Counted from the first letter of the stretch, positions 32,834 to 42,706 are shown. The stretch: DNA of 64,000 nt from Oscillospiraceae bacterium (GCA_902779915.1 CACZDM010000006.1:66-64065), one strand, 5' to 3'. Made by a program: numbers and translations. The notes: generated by a model from the letters alone, not told the origin.

Positions 32834-33985
32834 TCACTTGTTTAAAATTAAATTAGAATATATCCCAAAAGACTCTAATTCTTCTAAAATTTTCGAATTG
32901 CTACTAGAACTAACAAAAGCCGGAAAAACTGAAACATCCGAGCCAACATTTCTGGCGCACTCAACAAATTTTTTTATTGGATCTCCACCACCGCCAGCAA
33001 AATTCAACCTATTATTTAAATCTATCAAAGGGGCCTGATTTTTTGCTCCATATGTTGAAATATTCCCACCATATAAAATATCTGCAACATTTCCTTCCCC
33101 AAAGACCCTCCAGTCATACGCCAGAATATATAAAACATTTCTCGAATTCAATTCATCCAAAAACTGGCGCAAAATCTCGCCCTTGCTCTTTGCGTCGGAG
33201 CCCAAACTGACTTTGGAATTTAGCTCAACCGGAGGAAATGAAACGTGATTCAAAAAAACCTGCCTATATCCCAATTCAGAAACTTCAGCCACAATATCAC
33301 AAATATATTTCCTGGCCGAGCTTTCATATGGATTAAGCCACCTCTCAGACCGCTTGGTTACTGGATTTGTGAATAAATAGGTCACCTTTTGAGAGGAATA
33401 CACATAGGAATTATTTCGTTTAAAATGAGGGGCTGTTTGGTCGTAAAATGCATTAACTTTGGCTATTGGAACCAGACCCGCAGCCTCAATCTCAGCCGCA
33501 ATTTTTCGCGCATCAACAGCCGACCGGGAAATCGCTCCCCATTCCCGAGCTTGAGGGATTTGGCTTGGATATAACAAAATTCCATTTTCATCCTTTAGCG
33601 GAACAACGATTGCAGTTTTTCCCTCGCTCTTTGACTTATTTATGAATTCAGTCACATATTTAGCATTTGACAATTTATCCGCCAAAAGCTCAACAGCAAC
33701 AATTTTTTCTGCCTTTTTTTGGGGGGCGTCTTCAGGATCAGCCTCTTTCAAATCTGGCTCAGCGCTTTCATATGAACTCTCAGCGATTTCGATTTCAACA
33801 CACCTCTCGCGATTGACATAGCTGTTGATTCCCATAGCCACCAAATACACAACAAAAGCAACAACAACAAATAAAACAAAGCATATAAAAATATGATATG
33901 CCGTCCCTTTTTTTCTGCCATATCCTCTGTATATCTTGGAATATCTCTTCACCCTATTTTTCTTAGACACAAAAAATTCCCCCAT
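32834..33985 (-). CDS. Membrane-anchored extracytoplasmic protein of unknown function (possibly a GHL/DUF4015-type TIM-barrel)
   Basis: Basic N-terminus plus a single TM, then about 330 aa. Family assignment is a weak recollection. Confidence 0.45.
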   Translation of the reverse strand: MGEFFVSKKNRVKRYSKIYRGYGRKKGTAYHIFICFVLFVVVAFVVYLVAMGINSYVNRERCVEIEIAESSYESAEPDLKEADPEDAPQKKAEKIVAVELLADKLSNAKYVTEFINKSKSEGKTAIVVPLKDENGILLYPSQIPQAREWGAISRSAVDARKIAAEIEAAGLVPIAKVNAFYDQTAPHFKRNNSYVYSSQKVTYLFTNPVTKRSERWLNPYESSARKYICDIVAEVSELGYRQVFLNHVSFPPVELNSKVSLGSDAKSKGEILRQFLDELNSRNVLYILAYDWRVFGEGNVADILYGGNISTYGAKNQAPLIDLNNRLNFAGGGGDPIKKFVECARNVGSDVSVFPAFVSSSSNSKILEELESFGIYSNLILNK

Positions 33986-34100
33986 AAATCAAACATATAT
34001 GCATCCGCAAAACAATACAATCTAATTGTACCCCAAAATTTAAGTATATGCAAGGCTAAAATACCATAAAATTAAAAAAACTTGAAAATAAATTTAACCA

Positions 34101-34688
34101 ATGAAAAGATGTGATATATTGAACATTGAAATTTTAGACAATCACGTTATAAAAATCACACTATCATCAAAAGATATGGAAAAACATGGAATAATCTATG
34201 AAAAAATTGACTATAATGACAAAAAAACCAGACAATTTGTTGTCAGTCTTCTATATAAACTAAAAAAATTATCGCAAATAGACATTTCTAGAAGCAAAAT
34301 ATTCATTGAAGCATTCCAAACTGAAGAAAAGGGATGTGTGTTATATCTAAATATAGTCAGCGAAAAGACAATAAGTCATATATTAAAAACAGAAACAAAA
34401 AATCCATTAATCACACAATTTAAAGATATGCAGAGCTTAAAGCAAATGTTAAAAAATCCACCATTTCAAAAATATATTAACACAATATTTAAAAGCGAAC
34501 TGTATTATAAAAATAATACCCTCATATTAATTATTTATTCATGTTGCAAACAAGTAAAAAAACTGTCATCCTGCCTTTTTGAACACGGAAAGCTCATAGG
34601 ATTTGGCGAATTAAACAAAAAACTCATCAAAGAACACTCGGAATTAGTCATAAACAACAACGCCATCCAAAAAATATTGAAAAGCTAG
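34101..34688 (+). CDS. MecA-like adaptor protein
   Basis: N-terminus (I..LD.HVIKITLS..DMEKHGI) resembles the MecA N-domain; length about 195 aa; weak. Confidence 0.5.
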   Translation: MKRCDILNIEILDNHVIKITLSSKDMEKHGIIYEKIDYNDKKTRQFVVSLLYKLKKLSQIDISRSKIFIEAFQTEEKGCVLYLNIVSEKTISHILKTETKNPLITQFKDMQSLKQMLKNPPFQKYINTIFKSELYYKNNTLILIIYSCCKQVKKLSSCLFEHGKLIGFGELNKKLIKEHSELVINNNAIQKILKS

Positions 34689-35341
34689 GCGGGATGATTT
34701 CCTGGAAATCTCAAATTTTTAACCGCCTTTTTAAAATCTTTTTCACCAAATATCGCTGACCCAGCAACCAATAAATTAGCTCCAGCATCCCAAACACTTT
34801 TTGCGTTTTTAGGATTGATCCCACCGTCCGCCTGCAAATCAATTTTTGGATTCAAACTCCTAATTTGCCTGATTTTATCGAGCATACCCGGCATAAACGC
34901 CTGCCCCGCAAAACCCGGCTCAACAGTCATAACCAAAACCATGTCAACCAAGTCAAGATATGGCAAAATAGCATCGACAGAGGTCTTAGGCTTGATTGAT
35001 ATTCCACATCGACACCCAAATTCTCGCAACATATCTATGCAATCAGTGATATTATCATCACACTCGACGTGGAAAGTTATGCTGCTAGCTCCAGCATCAA
35101 CCAAAGCTTTAATATGTCGACACGGATTAGTCGCCATGAGATGAACGTCCATAAACATATCGCACGAGGCAGACAAACTCCTCAAAACAGGGACTCCAAA
35201 TGAAATGTTTGGAACAAAATGCCCATCCATAACATCAACATGCAAAATATCCACCCCAGCTTTTTCAAGACGCTCAACCTCGCTCATCAAACAAGCAAAA
35301 TTAGCCGACAATATTGATGGACAAACCAAAACCTTTTTCAT
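34685..35341 (-). CDS. rpe: Ribulose-phosphate 3-epimerase
   Basis: PSILSANF, HVDVMDGHFVPN, VMTVEPGFAGQ motifs. Start moved to MKKVLVCPSIL. Confidence 0.9.
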   Translation of the reverse strand: MKKVLVCPSILSANFACLMSEVERLEKAGVDILHVDVMDGHFVPNISFGVPVLRSLSASCDMFMDVHLMATNPCRHIKALVDAGASSITFHVECDDNITDCIDMLREFGCRCGISIKPKTSVDAILPYLDLVDMVLVMTVEPGFAGQAFMPGMLDKIRQIRSLNPKIDLQADGGINPKNAKSVWDAGANLLVAGSAIFGEKDFKKAVKNLRFPGNHPA

Positions 35342-35449
35342 AAACACCTCTAACCCAGTAACAAAAATCAACGTTAATTATAGCTCAAAAAGAGCTTTAA
35401 GTCAAATGATATTTAAAATTATTTTTAAAACCGAAAAAATTTTGTCTAT

Positions 35450-36637
35450 TTAAAAGAAAAATGTCAGAGTCAGCATATCATCGGAAGAAGATTGATATAA
35501 AGTTTCACCTTGATTTTTAGAAATATAATCCCTAATTTTTCCATCCTGAATCAATATTTTCTTCATTTTACTATATATCTCTTGAGAGCCACATTTTATT
35601 GATATAACGTGTTTTTTATTGCTTATTTGACGTTTTACTAAACTGCCAAATTTATCTAGATCCACCGTCTCAAAATATGCGCCTTCTCGAACAAAATAGT
35701 TTTGCTCTGAATGGTTACACAACGGGACTTTGATGTTTTCACTCACTTTGTGCGCTATGTTAAATTCATTAGTTGTGCATAAAAGGTAGTCGTAGTTTAT
35801 CGGCTTTCCTCCTTTTTCAGACGTGCCTTCACTTGAAAATCCGCCGCCCCAAGTCGTGTCTACGCAATACCAATTTCCATCAATCAAAACTTGATTCCAT
35901 GCGTGATTATCGCCTTGATTTCCGGCTGAAATATGAACTCCGTTAATGACAATATTGGCATATCCAGTAACCAAAATGGTTTTAACGCCCAAACAGTTCA
36001 AAAGATACTGCGTTGCCTTAGAATAACCCATACAGACGGATTTCCCCAAAATGAAGACAGAGCATATGTTTTGGTCCTCTCCTTCAACGCTTTCATACCG
36101 AGTGTTTGAAATTATATACTCATAGACATTTTTAACCTTTGTATAACCATCCGCATTAGTTGGTATATGCGCAAAACATTTTGCAACATATTCATCTATT
36201 TTCTGCTTGCGCGAATTTATTTCCTCTTTGCTATATATATATGTTCCTGAAAAATATGTTTCAGAGCCTTGAGTTAAACTATATCCAGACACATAAAAAA
36301 TCTCGGGATGATCATTCATAACACAGGAATATATTTTGTCGATTGTTGCTTTATCCCGAACGGAAATTTTAACCTTTTCCCCGCGTTTTTGCAAAGTGGC
36401 AAGAATCTCTCTATATAAGCCCTGCTCTTTTGGCGTCAGTTGTTCATAAAAATATGTGCTATATCCTTCAAATTTTTCATCTATTCCTAGCTGCTGGTCC
36501 TGCTCAGCAGCTTGTTTATCATTTGAATTAAAATTAAAACCAACATTTTCGCATCCACACAAATTAAACACTAAAAAAGCTGAAATAATCATCAAAACAA
36601 GTCTTTTGTATATTTTTTTAAAAATATTCAATGTCAA
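35450..36637 (-). CDS. Transglutaminase-like (Cys-protease fold) lipoprotein
   Basis: Lipobox-like FNLCGC after a K/R-rich n-region, then C..Y...........GDNHAWN..L.DG.WY.VDTTW core. Probable TTG start after AGGAGAGG. Confidence 0.7.
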   Translation of the reverse strand: MTLNIFKKIYKRLVLMIISAFLVFNLCGCENVGFNFNSNDKQAAEQDQQLGIDEKFEGYSTYFYEQLTPKEQGLYREILATLQKRGEKVKISVRDKATIDKIYSCVMNDHPEIFYVSGYSLTQGSETYFSGTYIYSKEEINSRKQKIDEYVAKCFAHIPTNADGYTKVKNVYEYIISNTRYESVEGEDQNICSVFILGKSVCMGYSKATQYLLNCLGVKTILVTGYANIVINGVHISAGNQGDNHAWNQVLIDGNWYCVDTTWGGGFSSEGTSEKGGKPINYDYLLCTTNEFNIAHKVSENIKVPLCNHSEQNYFVREGAYFETVDLDKFGSLVKRQISNKKHVISIKCGSQEIYSKMKKILIQDGKIRDYISKNQGETLYQSSSDDMLTLTFFF

Positions 36638-36764
36638 GCATCCTCTCCTGGCAAGATCAGAACATTCCACGCCGCTGCCATTATAACACAGTATTTCAAA
36701 TATTGCAAGCATTTATTCATAATAAAATAATGACTATACACACATATATTTAATATATATGTAA

Positions 36765-37778
36765 TTATATAATTTTTTTTGAGAATTTAACTAATGCTTT
36801 AATATTTTTCATCAAATTATCAAATTCATCTAAATCCAATGACTGCTTACCATCAGACAACGCCCTAGACGGAGAGTTATGAACTTCAATCATAACGCCA
36901 TCTGCCCCAGCAACAACCGCCGCCTTGGATAGCGGAGCAACCATCCATTTCCTGCCCGTTGCGTGGCTGGGGTCAATAATAATTGGCAAATGCGAAATTT
37001 TTTTAACCATAGGTATGGCCGAAATGTCCAAAGTATTTCTCGTCAGCGGCTCGTACGTCCTAATCCCTCTTTCACACAATATCACATTATCATTACCGCC
37101 GGACAGTATATATTCAGCGCTCAAAAGCCATTCACGAATTGTGTTTGATATGCCCCTTTTCAAAATTATCGGCTTGTCGCATCTCCCCAACTGGCGAAGC
37201 ATTTCAAAATTTTGCATATTCCTTGCTCCAACCTGTATAACGTCTATATCCGAAAACAAATCTAAATATTTGAGATCGGTTAGCTCGCTCACCACACAAA
37301 GCCCTATGGCTCTTTTAACTTCCAAAAGCAGCTCTATTCCCCGACGTCTGAGGCCTTGAAAGGAATATGGAGAAGTTCGCGGCTTGAACGCTCCCCCTCG
37401 CAAAAGCCCGCAACCCGCCATTTTTATCCTTTTTGCAATAGCATATATTTGCTGCTCACTTTCAACAGAACACGGACCCGATATAACGCAAAAATTTCCC
37501 TCTCCAACAATTTTATTTCCAATTGAAATCATTGTGTCATCTGATTTGAAAAATCTACTGACCAGTCCCATTAATTCGCCCGAATCATCAATATAATCAA
37601 CAAAGTCAAATGATTTTAACAAACCAACATCAATCTTCAAATTATTCTCAAAAATAACAATGATTTTTTTATCATTTTTTACCACTAACCTAGCATCAGC
37701 GTTATATGTTTTTTTTAATCCAGTCAAAAATTTCTCAATTTCTCGGTTTTCAACATCAGACTTTAAAATCACAAACAT
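36765..37778 (-). CDS. aroF: 3-deoxy-7-phosphoheptulonate (DAHP) synthase, type I-beta, with about 75-aa N-terminal regulatory domain
   Basis: KPRTSPYSFQG, DPSH and the rest of the KDOPS/DAHPS I-beta core, preceded by a short ferredoxin-like extension. Confidence 0.85.
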   Translation of the reverse strand: MFVILKSDVENREIEKFLTGLKKTYNADARLVVKNDKKIIVIFENNLKIDVGLLKSFDFVDYIDDSGELMGLVSRFFKSDDTMISIGNKIVGEGNFCVISGPCSVESEQQIYAIAKRIKMAGCGLLRGGAFKPRTSPYSFQGLRRRGIELLLEVKRAIGLCVVSELTDLKYLDLFSDIDVIQVGARNMQNFEMLRQLGRCDKPIILKRGISNTIREWLLSAEYILSGGNDNVILCERGIRTYEPLTRNTLDISAIPMVKKISHLPIIIDPSHATGRKWMVAPLSKAAVVAGADGVMIEVHNSPSRALSDGKQSLDLDEFDNLMKNIKALVKFSKKII

Positions 37779-37886
37779 AAAAAAATAAACCTCATTTAAT
37801 TATTTATTAAATAATTAAAAATTTTAAAGCGCCATATTAAAATAAAAACAAAAAGCCAACAGAAAAAACCAACCTGTTAGCTTTTT

Positions 37887-37960
37887 TGGAGGCGACGACC
37901 AGATTCGAACTGGTGATCAGGGTGTTGCAGACCCATGCCTTACCTCTTGGCTACATCGCC
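37887..37960 (-). tRNA. tRNA-Cys (anticodon GCA), CCA encoded
   Basis: Reverse complement GGCGATGTAGCCAAGAGG...CTGCAAC...GGTTCGAATCTGGTCGTCGCCTCCA folds as a cloverleaf. Confidence 0.85.
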
Positions 37961-37962
37961 AT

Positions 37963-38038
37963 TGGAGCGGGTTACGAGACTCGAACTCGCCACCTCCACC
38001 TTGGCAAGGTGGCGCTCTACCGGATGAGCTAAACCCGC
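37963..38038 (-). tRNA. tRNA-Gly (anticodon GCC), CCA encoded
   Basis: Reverse complement GCGGGTTTAGCTCATCCGGTAGAGCGCCACCTTGCCAAGGTGG...AACCCGCTCCA; anticodon stem CCACC/GGTGG. Confidence 0.9.
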
Positions 38039-38210
38039 GGGAGATCACGATATAATTAATATGCAAAACCCAAAGGAAAAATTCAAGACTTAATCCACAA
38101 ACAACCTCAACAGCCCATATTATACACCAAACAATTTCAGTTGTCAATAGTTTATTTAAAATTTTTAAAAATAAATTTTTAAAACCCGAAAAATCAAGTC
38201 AAACCAACAC

Positions 38211-39707
38211 TCATCCGCTTCTGGATCTTCTTTTGTATCTGTAAAATATCATGACAGCAGCTAGGAAAAACAAAATCGGCCCACCAACCATCCACACAAC
38301 CTGATACACCGCATCGCTCTCCCCGGCTAGTATGGGGTGGATAACGATAAATATATTGGCTAACAAATCAACAAAAAAAACCAAACCAGCTGCCAGATAG
38401 ACCATAGCCCTGGACTTAAACAAGGTGTATTCATGATTTAAAGCGCTGTTTTTTCTAAAGGCGGGAAAAGCAGCAGAGATGAACAAATACGGCATAGTCT
38501 GCGCAACATTAGCAAGCAAAATTAAAATATTGTAAAACGATTTAGCCCCCTGGCCGCCGAAAGAAAATATGAGAACAAAAAAACAAATAACTCCCGTTTG
38601 AATCCACATTGCAATATGCGGCATGTCAAACCTATTCTTCGTCGAAAAAAACTTCGGCCAAAGCCCCTGCGGCGCTCCGTCTAAAATCGTCTTGAGCGGA
38701 GAATATATTATTGTGAAAAATGCCCCCATATAGGTCATAAAAACTGAAAAACCAACCGCCCGAGCAAACCACACACCCATCGACAAAGCCGACTCAGCCG
38801 AAAGCCCCAAAACAATCCCGAGTCTATGGCCTAAATTACCCATCATAACATATAAAACATTACCCATGTTGACGCCTTCTGCTGAAAAAAGCTCAGACCA
38901 ATTATGGCTGATTCCCCAGCAAAATATCGAAAAAGAATATCCAAAAGCTATAAACAGCGCCGAAATCAAAATGCCGCGAGAAAACGCTCTAGTCGACTTG
39001 GTCTTTTCAACCAAACTTCCCAAACTTTCCGGACCTGCATACGCAAACAAAGCAAATGTAATGAAGCCAAAAATGAAGAACAAATCCCCGCCCTGAGGGT
39101 TTGGAGAGCAAAAAAACGACTCCACGCCCTCAATAGGCTGCGCAAACTCCCCGCCCGTCAAAACCAAAACAACCAAACTGGCCAGGTAAAGAAGGCAGTT
39201 TATCGCAGCATTTGCAATTCCGCCAAACTTGGCAATAAAAGAGATTTTATTAAATCCCCTGGTCGCGAAAAAGGTTATCAAAAGCATCAAAACAACCGCT
39301 AAAACGCCTATGGTCTGGGTTGAACTTAGCCCCAAAACACTCCAACTCTGCGTCGTGTCCTCGCCAAACAAAAATGATGACATGGGAATCCATATTTTGA
39401 TCGAGACGGTTATCATCCAAACCATAAAAGCAAAATAGAAAATGAACGCTCCAACAAAGCCATAAAGCTCCCCCTTGGCCGCCGCCAGCCATGTATACAT
39501 ACCGCCGCCACTGTTTTTAAAAGACGACGCATATTCAGCAACCATAAACATAACAGGGAGGAAAAAAGTAGCCCCAGCGAACAAATACCACAATATTGAA
39601 GCATATCCCAGGCGATAAAAAGCCAGAGGAGAATTATTAAATCCAAAAACTACGGAAAATATCACCAAAACAACGCCCGCAGTGGATAATTTCTTTAAAT
39701 CAGACAC
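38211..39707 (-). CDS. APC-superfamily amino acid permease (YjeM/GadC-like)
   Basis: 498 aa, about 12-13 TM segments. GTG start 6 nt after GAGGAGG. Confidence 0.75.
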   Translation of the reverse strand: MSDLKKLSTAGVVLVIFSVVFGFNNSPLAFYRLGYASILWYLFAGATFFLPVMFMVAEYASSFKNSGGGMYTWLAAAKGELYGFVGAFIFYFAFMVWMITVSIKIWIPMSSFLFGEDTTQSWSVLGLSSTQTIGVLAVVLMLLITFFATRGFNKISFIAKFGGIANAAINCLLYLASLVVLVLTGGEFAQPIEGVESFFCSPNPQGGDLFFIFGFITFALFAYAGPESLGSLVEKTKSTRAFSRGILISALFIAFGYSFSIFCWGISHNWSELFSAEGVNMGNVLYVMMGNLGHRLGIVLGLSAESALSMGVWFARAVGFSVFMTYMGAFFTIIYSPLKTILDGAPQGLWPKFFSTKNRFDMPHIAMWIQTGVICFFVLIFSFGGQGAKSFYNILILLANVAQTMPYLFISAAFPAFRKNSALNHEYTLFKSRAMVYLAAGLVFFVDLLANIFIVIHPILAGESDAVYQVVWMVGGPILFFLAAVMIFYRYKRRSRSG

Positions 39708-39923
39708 CTAACCCCTCCTCAACTCTTGCAGATATAGAACAAAAAGCCGCCTACTGTGATGTGAATAATACACACTTCCAAAACATCACAAACGAAACAA
39801 CATCATTTTACAACTTAAAACAATTCTTGTCAATACCATAATCAAATATTTGTTAAATATCACCCAAAATAACACATTTTAAAGGTGTGAAATAGTGCAA
39901 TTATGCTAAAAATCAGAAACATT

Positions 39924-40844
39924 CTAATTCTGCTTCTCGTGTAAAACCACTACTTCTTCCTCTTCATGCGCCTCGTTCAGCACTACGACATCTTCCTCTT
40001 CTTCATGCGCCGCGTTCAGCACTACAACGTCTTCTTCTTCGTCATGCGCCGCGTTCAGCACCACAACGTCTTCTTCTTCGTCATGCGCCGCGTTCAGCAC
40101 TACAACGTCTTCTTCTTCGTCATGCGCCGCGTTCAGCACTACGACATCTTCCTCTTCGTCATGCGCCGCGTTCAGCACTACAGCGTCTTCTTCTTCACCA
40201 TGCGCCGCGTTCAGCACCACAACGTCTTCTCCTTCACCATGCGCCGCGTTCAGCACCACAACGTCTTCTCCTTCGTCATGCGCTGCATTCAGCACCACAA
40301 CGTCTTCTTCTTCGTCATGCGTCGCGTTCAGCACCACAACGTCTTCTCCTTCGTCATGCGCTGCATTCAGCACCACAACGTCTTCTTCTTCGTCATGCGC
40401 CGCATTCAGCATCACAACGTCTTCTTCTTCGTCATGCGCCGCGTTCAGCACCACAACGTCTTCCTCAGCGTCATGCGCCGCGTTCAGCACTACAACGTCT
40501 TCCTCAGCGTCATGCGCCGCCTTCAGCACCACAACGTCTTCCTCAGCGTCATGCGCCTCGTGCAGCACCACAACGTCTTCCTCAGCGTCATGCGCCGCAT
40601 TCAGCACCACAACGTCTTCCTCAGCGTCATGCGCCGCGTTCAGCACTACAACGTCTTCTTCTTCACCATGCGCCGCATTCAGCACCACAACGTCTTCTCC
40701 TTCGTCATGCGCCTCATTCAGCACCACAACGTTTTTTTCTTTCTCGCTATCAGCATAAACTGCACTATTAAAAGCATGTATGGGCGAAACACCCGCAACA
40801 ATCAAAAAACAAGTCAACTTTGAAACCAGTTTTTTTAACACCAT
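39924..40844 (-). CDS. Secreted acidic tandem-repeat protein: signal peptide plus about 20 copies of VVVLNAAHDEEED
   Basis: ATG 9 nt after GGAGG, hydrophobic signal sequence (..CFLIVAGVSPIHAFNS), then 13-aa repeats to the C-terminus. Confidence 0.7.
   Translation of the reverse strand: MVLKKLVSKLTCFLIVAGVSPIHAFNSAVYADSEKEKNVVVLNEAHDEGEDVVVLNAAHGEEEDVVVLNAAHDAEEDVVVLNAAHDAEEDVVVLHEAHDAEEDVVVLKAAHDAEEDVVVLNAAHDAEEDVVVLNAAHDEEEDVVMLNAAHDEEEDVVVLNAAHDEGEDVVVLNATHDEEEDVVVLNAAHDEGEDVVVLNAAHGEGEDVVVLNAAHGEEEDAVVLNAAHDEEEDVVVLNAAHDEEEDVVVLNAAHDEEEDVVVLNAAHDEEEDVVVLNAAHEEEEDVVVLNEAHEEEEVVVLHEKQN
39939..40730 (-). repeat. 39-bp tandem repeat array, about 20 units, in frame within the CDS
   Basis: Plus-strand unit GTCATGCGCCGCGTTCAGCACCACAACGTCTTCTTCTTC, with point variants mainly in the acidic-codon part. 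Confidence 0.95.
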
Positions 40845-40883
40845 TAAAAGCAACCTCCGTTTAATAAAAAATTCACGCCCCTG

Positions 40884-40913
40884 ATTATATCACAAAACGG
40901 AAAATCTTGTCAA
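40884..40913 (-). promoter_or_regulatory. Promoter of the tandem-repeat protein gene
   Basis: Minus strand: TTGACA, 18 nt, TGaTATAAT. Confidence 0.55.
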
Positions 40914-40961
40914 GCGAAATTTATTAGTAACACCAATCGCGCTGACAAATCAATCAAGGCC

Positions 40962-42449
40962 TCAACAATCTTCAATCCTGCCTCCATTTAAAACCACTGT
41001 TGCGCATCCACCACTATACACAGCGCCCCTGCCTTCAGCTTTACATCTTTTAATGCTGCTATTTGCATTTATGGTTACCTTTCCGTTGAGAACATCTATG
41101 GCTCCGCCCTCTCCAGCTTGACAGTCACTAATGCTGCTGTTTTGGTTCATAAAAACGTTTCCATTAAGAACATCTATCGCTCCGCCATACTCCGCTTCAC
41201 AATCGCTAATCATGCTATTTCCGTTCATAGACACATCGCCTTTTCTAACATATATAGCTCCGGCTTCCATGCCTTTACACTTGCTAATCTTGCTTTTTCC
41301 GTTCATTTCCACCAAACCGTAAAAAACGCATATTGCTCCATTACGCCTGGTTTTACACCCACTGATCTCACTGCTTGCATTCATAAAAACCTTTCCCTCA
41401 TCAACAAGTATTGCCTCAGTGCGACTGAATTCACGGCCAACAACCCTGCAGTTTTCGTTCATATTTACTGTTCCGCTTTCCAAACATATCGCCCATCCGC
41501 CAAAATCAGCAGCCTCACAACCAACAATTTCGCTGTTTTGGTTCAAACTAACCGTTGCGCTCTTTCCATATATCGCTCCGCCGCCGCAACCAGCCCTGCA
41601 AGAACTAATCCTGCTTTTCCCATACATGTTCACTGTTCCGCTTTTAACGGATATGGCGCCTCCGCTTTTTTGTGACCCACATTCAACAATGCTGCTGTTT
41701 GCGTTCAGATTGATGCAGACTGAGCTTTGCGCACATATTGCCCCTCCATTTTTATCCACACAATCCACACCCTTTTGCGCAATAAGCGTCTCGATCCAGT
41801 CGCGACTTTCAACAAAACATCCGCTAATAACACTGTCATCGTTCATATTGACCACAGTCGAGCTCTCAGCAAATATGGCTCCCCCGTTGATCAAGGAACA
41901 AAATCCTTCGATGCTGCTGCTTCCATTTAAATTCAAAACCGATTTTTGCCCTTCTGAAGGCGCGCCCAGATGTATGCAACTGCTTTGTCTGGTCAGACCA
42001 TGACGAGAACTGACCCTAACATCATTTAAATTAACAACGCAATCACTAGCACGCAAAAAAAGCAAATCACGTTTGCAATCGGTTATCTTTTTCCCATGAC
42101 CATTTATGTTGATCGTCATGCCCTTAAATCTTGAATCAGTAAAATTAAAAATATAATCTCCCCCTGGATCCATGCCACAAGCGCCATTATCCAAACCCAA
42201 AACGTCATAGCCTATATAAATGTCATCACACAATTCGATGTTAATGGCGTTCACGTCATCAAGACCAGCCAATTCGCAATCAAGCCAGCCTTTAACATCC
42301 TCAATTTTGCTTAATTTCAAATTTATCTCCCCCGCGGCATAAACCACTCCAGCAGCCATATTAAGCAGAAAAACCATCATAAAACAAACCAAAACCAAGA
42401 AAAATTTTCTCAGTCCACTTTTTAAAATAAACCTTTGCCTAAACTTCAT
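40962..42449 (-). CDS. Secreted PMP-like parallel beta-helix repeat protein (paralog P1)
   Basis: Signal peptide, shared N-domain (YIFNFTDSRFKGMTININ, LLFLRA..C.V.L.DV), then about 12 coils of the type GGAI.V..G.V.MN.NS.IS.C.A. Start at the ATG 8 nt after GGAG. Confidence 0.7.
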   Translation of the reverse strand: MKFRQRFILKSGLRKFFLVLVCFMMVFLLNMAAGVVYAAGEINLKLSKIEDVKGWLDCELAGLDDVNAINIELCDDIYIGYDVLGLDNGACGMDPGGDYIFNFTDSRFKGMTININGHGKKITDCKRDLLFLRASDCVVNLNDVRVSSRHGLTRQSSCIHLGAPSEGQKSVLNLNGSSSIEGFCSLINGGAIFAESSTVVNMNDDSVISGCFVESRDWIETLIAQKGVDCVDKNGGAICAQSSVCINLNANSSIVECGSQKSGGAISVKSGTVNMYGKSRISSCRAGCGGGAIYGKSATVSLNQNSEIVGCEAADFGGWAICLESGTVNMNENCRVVGREFSRTEAILVDEGKVFMNASSEISGCKTRRNGAICVFYGLVEMNGKSKISKCKGMEAGAIYVRKGDVSMNGNSMISDCEAEYGGAIDVLNGNVFMNQNSSISDCQAGEGGAIDVLNGKVTINANSSIKRCKAEGRGAVYSGGCATVVLNGGRIEDC

Positions 42450-42485
42450 CACAAAATCTCCATTCAAATAAAAACTATTTTTTCA

Positions 42486-42515
42486 ATTATATCACATAAT
42501 GTAAAATATTGTCAA
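42486..42515 (-). promoter_or_regulatory. Promoter of P1
   Basis: Minus strand: TTGACA, 18 nt, TGaTATAAT. Confidence 0.55.
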
Positions 42516-42550
42516 GAAAACTCTGTGAAATTTCATAATTTTTTCGATCA

Positions 42551-42620
42551 GGTTATGTTTGGCCAATAAAACCCCTTGCTTAAAAAGTCCGTGACAATCG
42601 GCACGGGTTAACGACCTTAA
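42551..42620 (+). repeat. Degenerate mini-fragment of the foldback family
   Basis: GGTTATGTTTGGCCAATAAAACC..CTTGCTTAAAAAGTCCGTGACAATCGGCACGG resembles terminus plus AATAAACC plus the GTCCGTGACAAGCGGTAGG block. Confidence 0.35.
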
Positions 42621-42633
42621 AAACAAAAAAATC

Positions 42634-42662
42634 TAGCATAAATTGTCATAATATGATATAAT
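42634..42662 (+). promoter_or_regulatory. Promoter of P2 (extended -10, weak -35)
   Basis: TGaTATAAT at 42654-42662; -35 position reads TAGCAT. Confidence 0.45.
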
Positions 42663-42706
42663 TTAAATATGGGTGAAGTTAGGGTTGGCTTTATCCTTCT
42701 AGTCCA

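Noticed and set aside
39939-40730. Regular 39-bp repeats could be mistaken for a CRISPR array
   Set aside because: The units are contiguous with no spacers and lie in frame inside a CDS. No cas genes or leader are nearby.
39966-40823. 285-aa ORF on the plus strand across the 39-bp repeat array (MRRVQHHNVFFFV repeats)
   Set aside because: It is a mirror ORF created by the periodic sequence. It has no RBS, promoter or signal sequence, whereas the minus-strand frame has GGAGG plus ATG, a TTGACA/TATAAT promoter and a signal peptide.
41118-42003. Long plus-strand ORFs (41118-41675, 41419-42003) antisense to P1
   Set aside because: They are produced by the repetitive coil-encoding DNA. The minus-strand frame has a signal peptide, an RBS and paralogy to P2 and P3.
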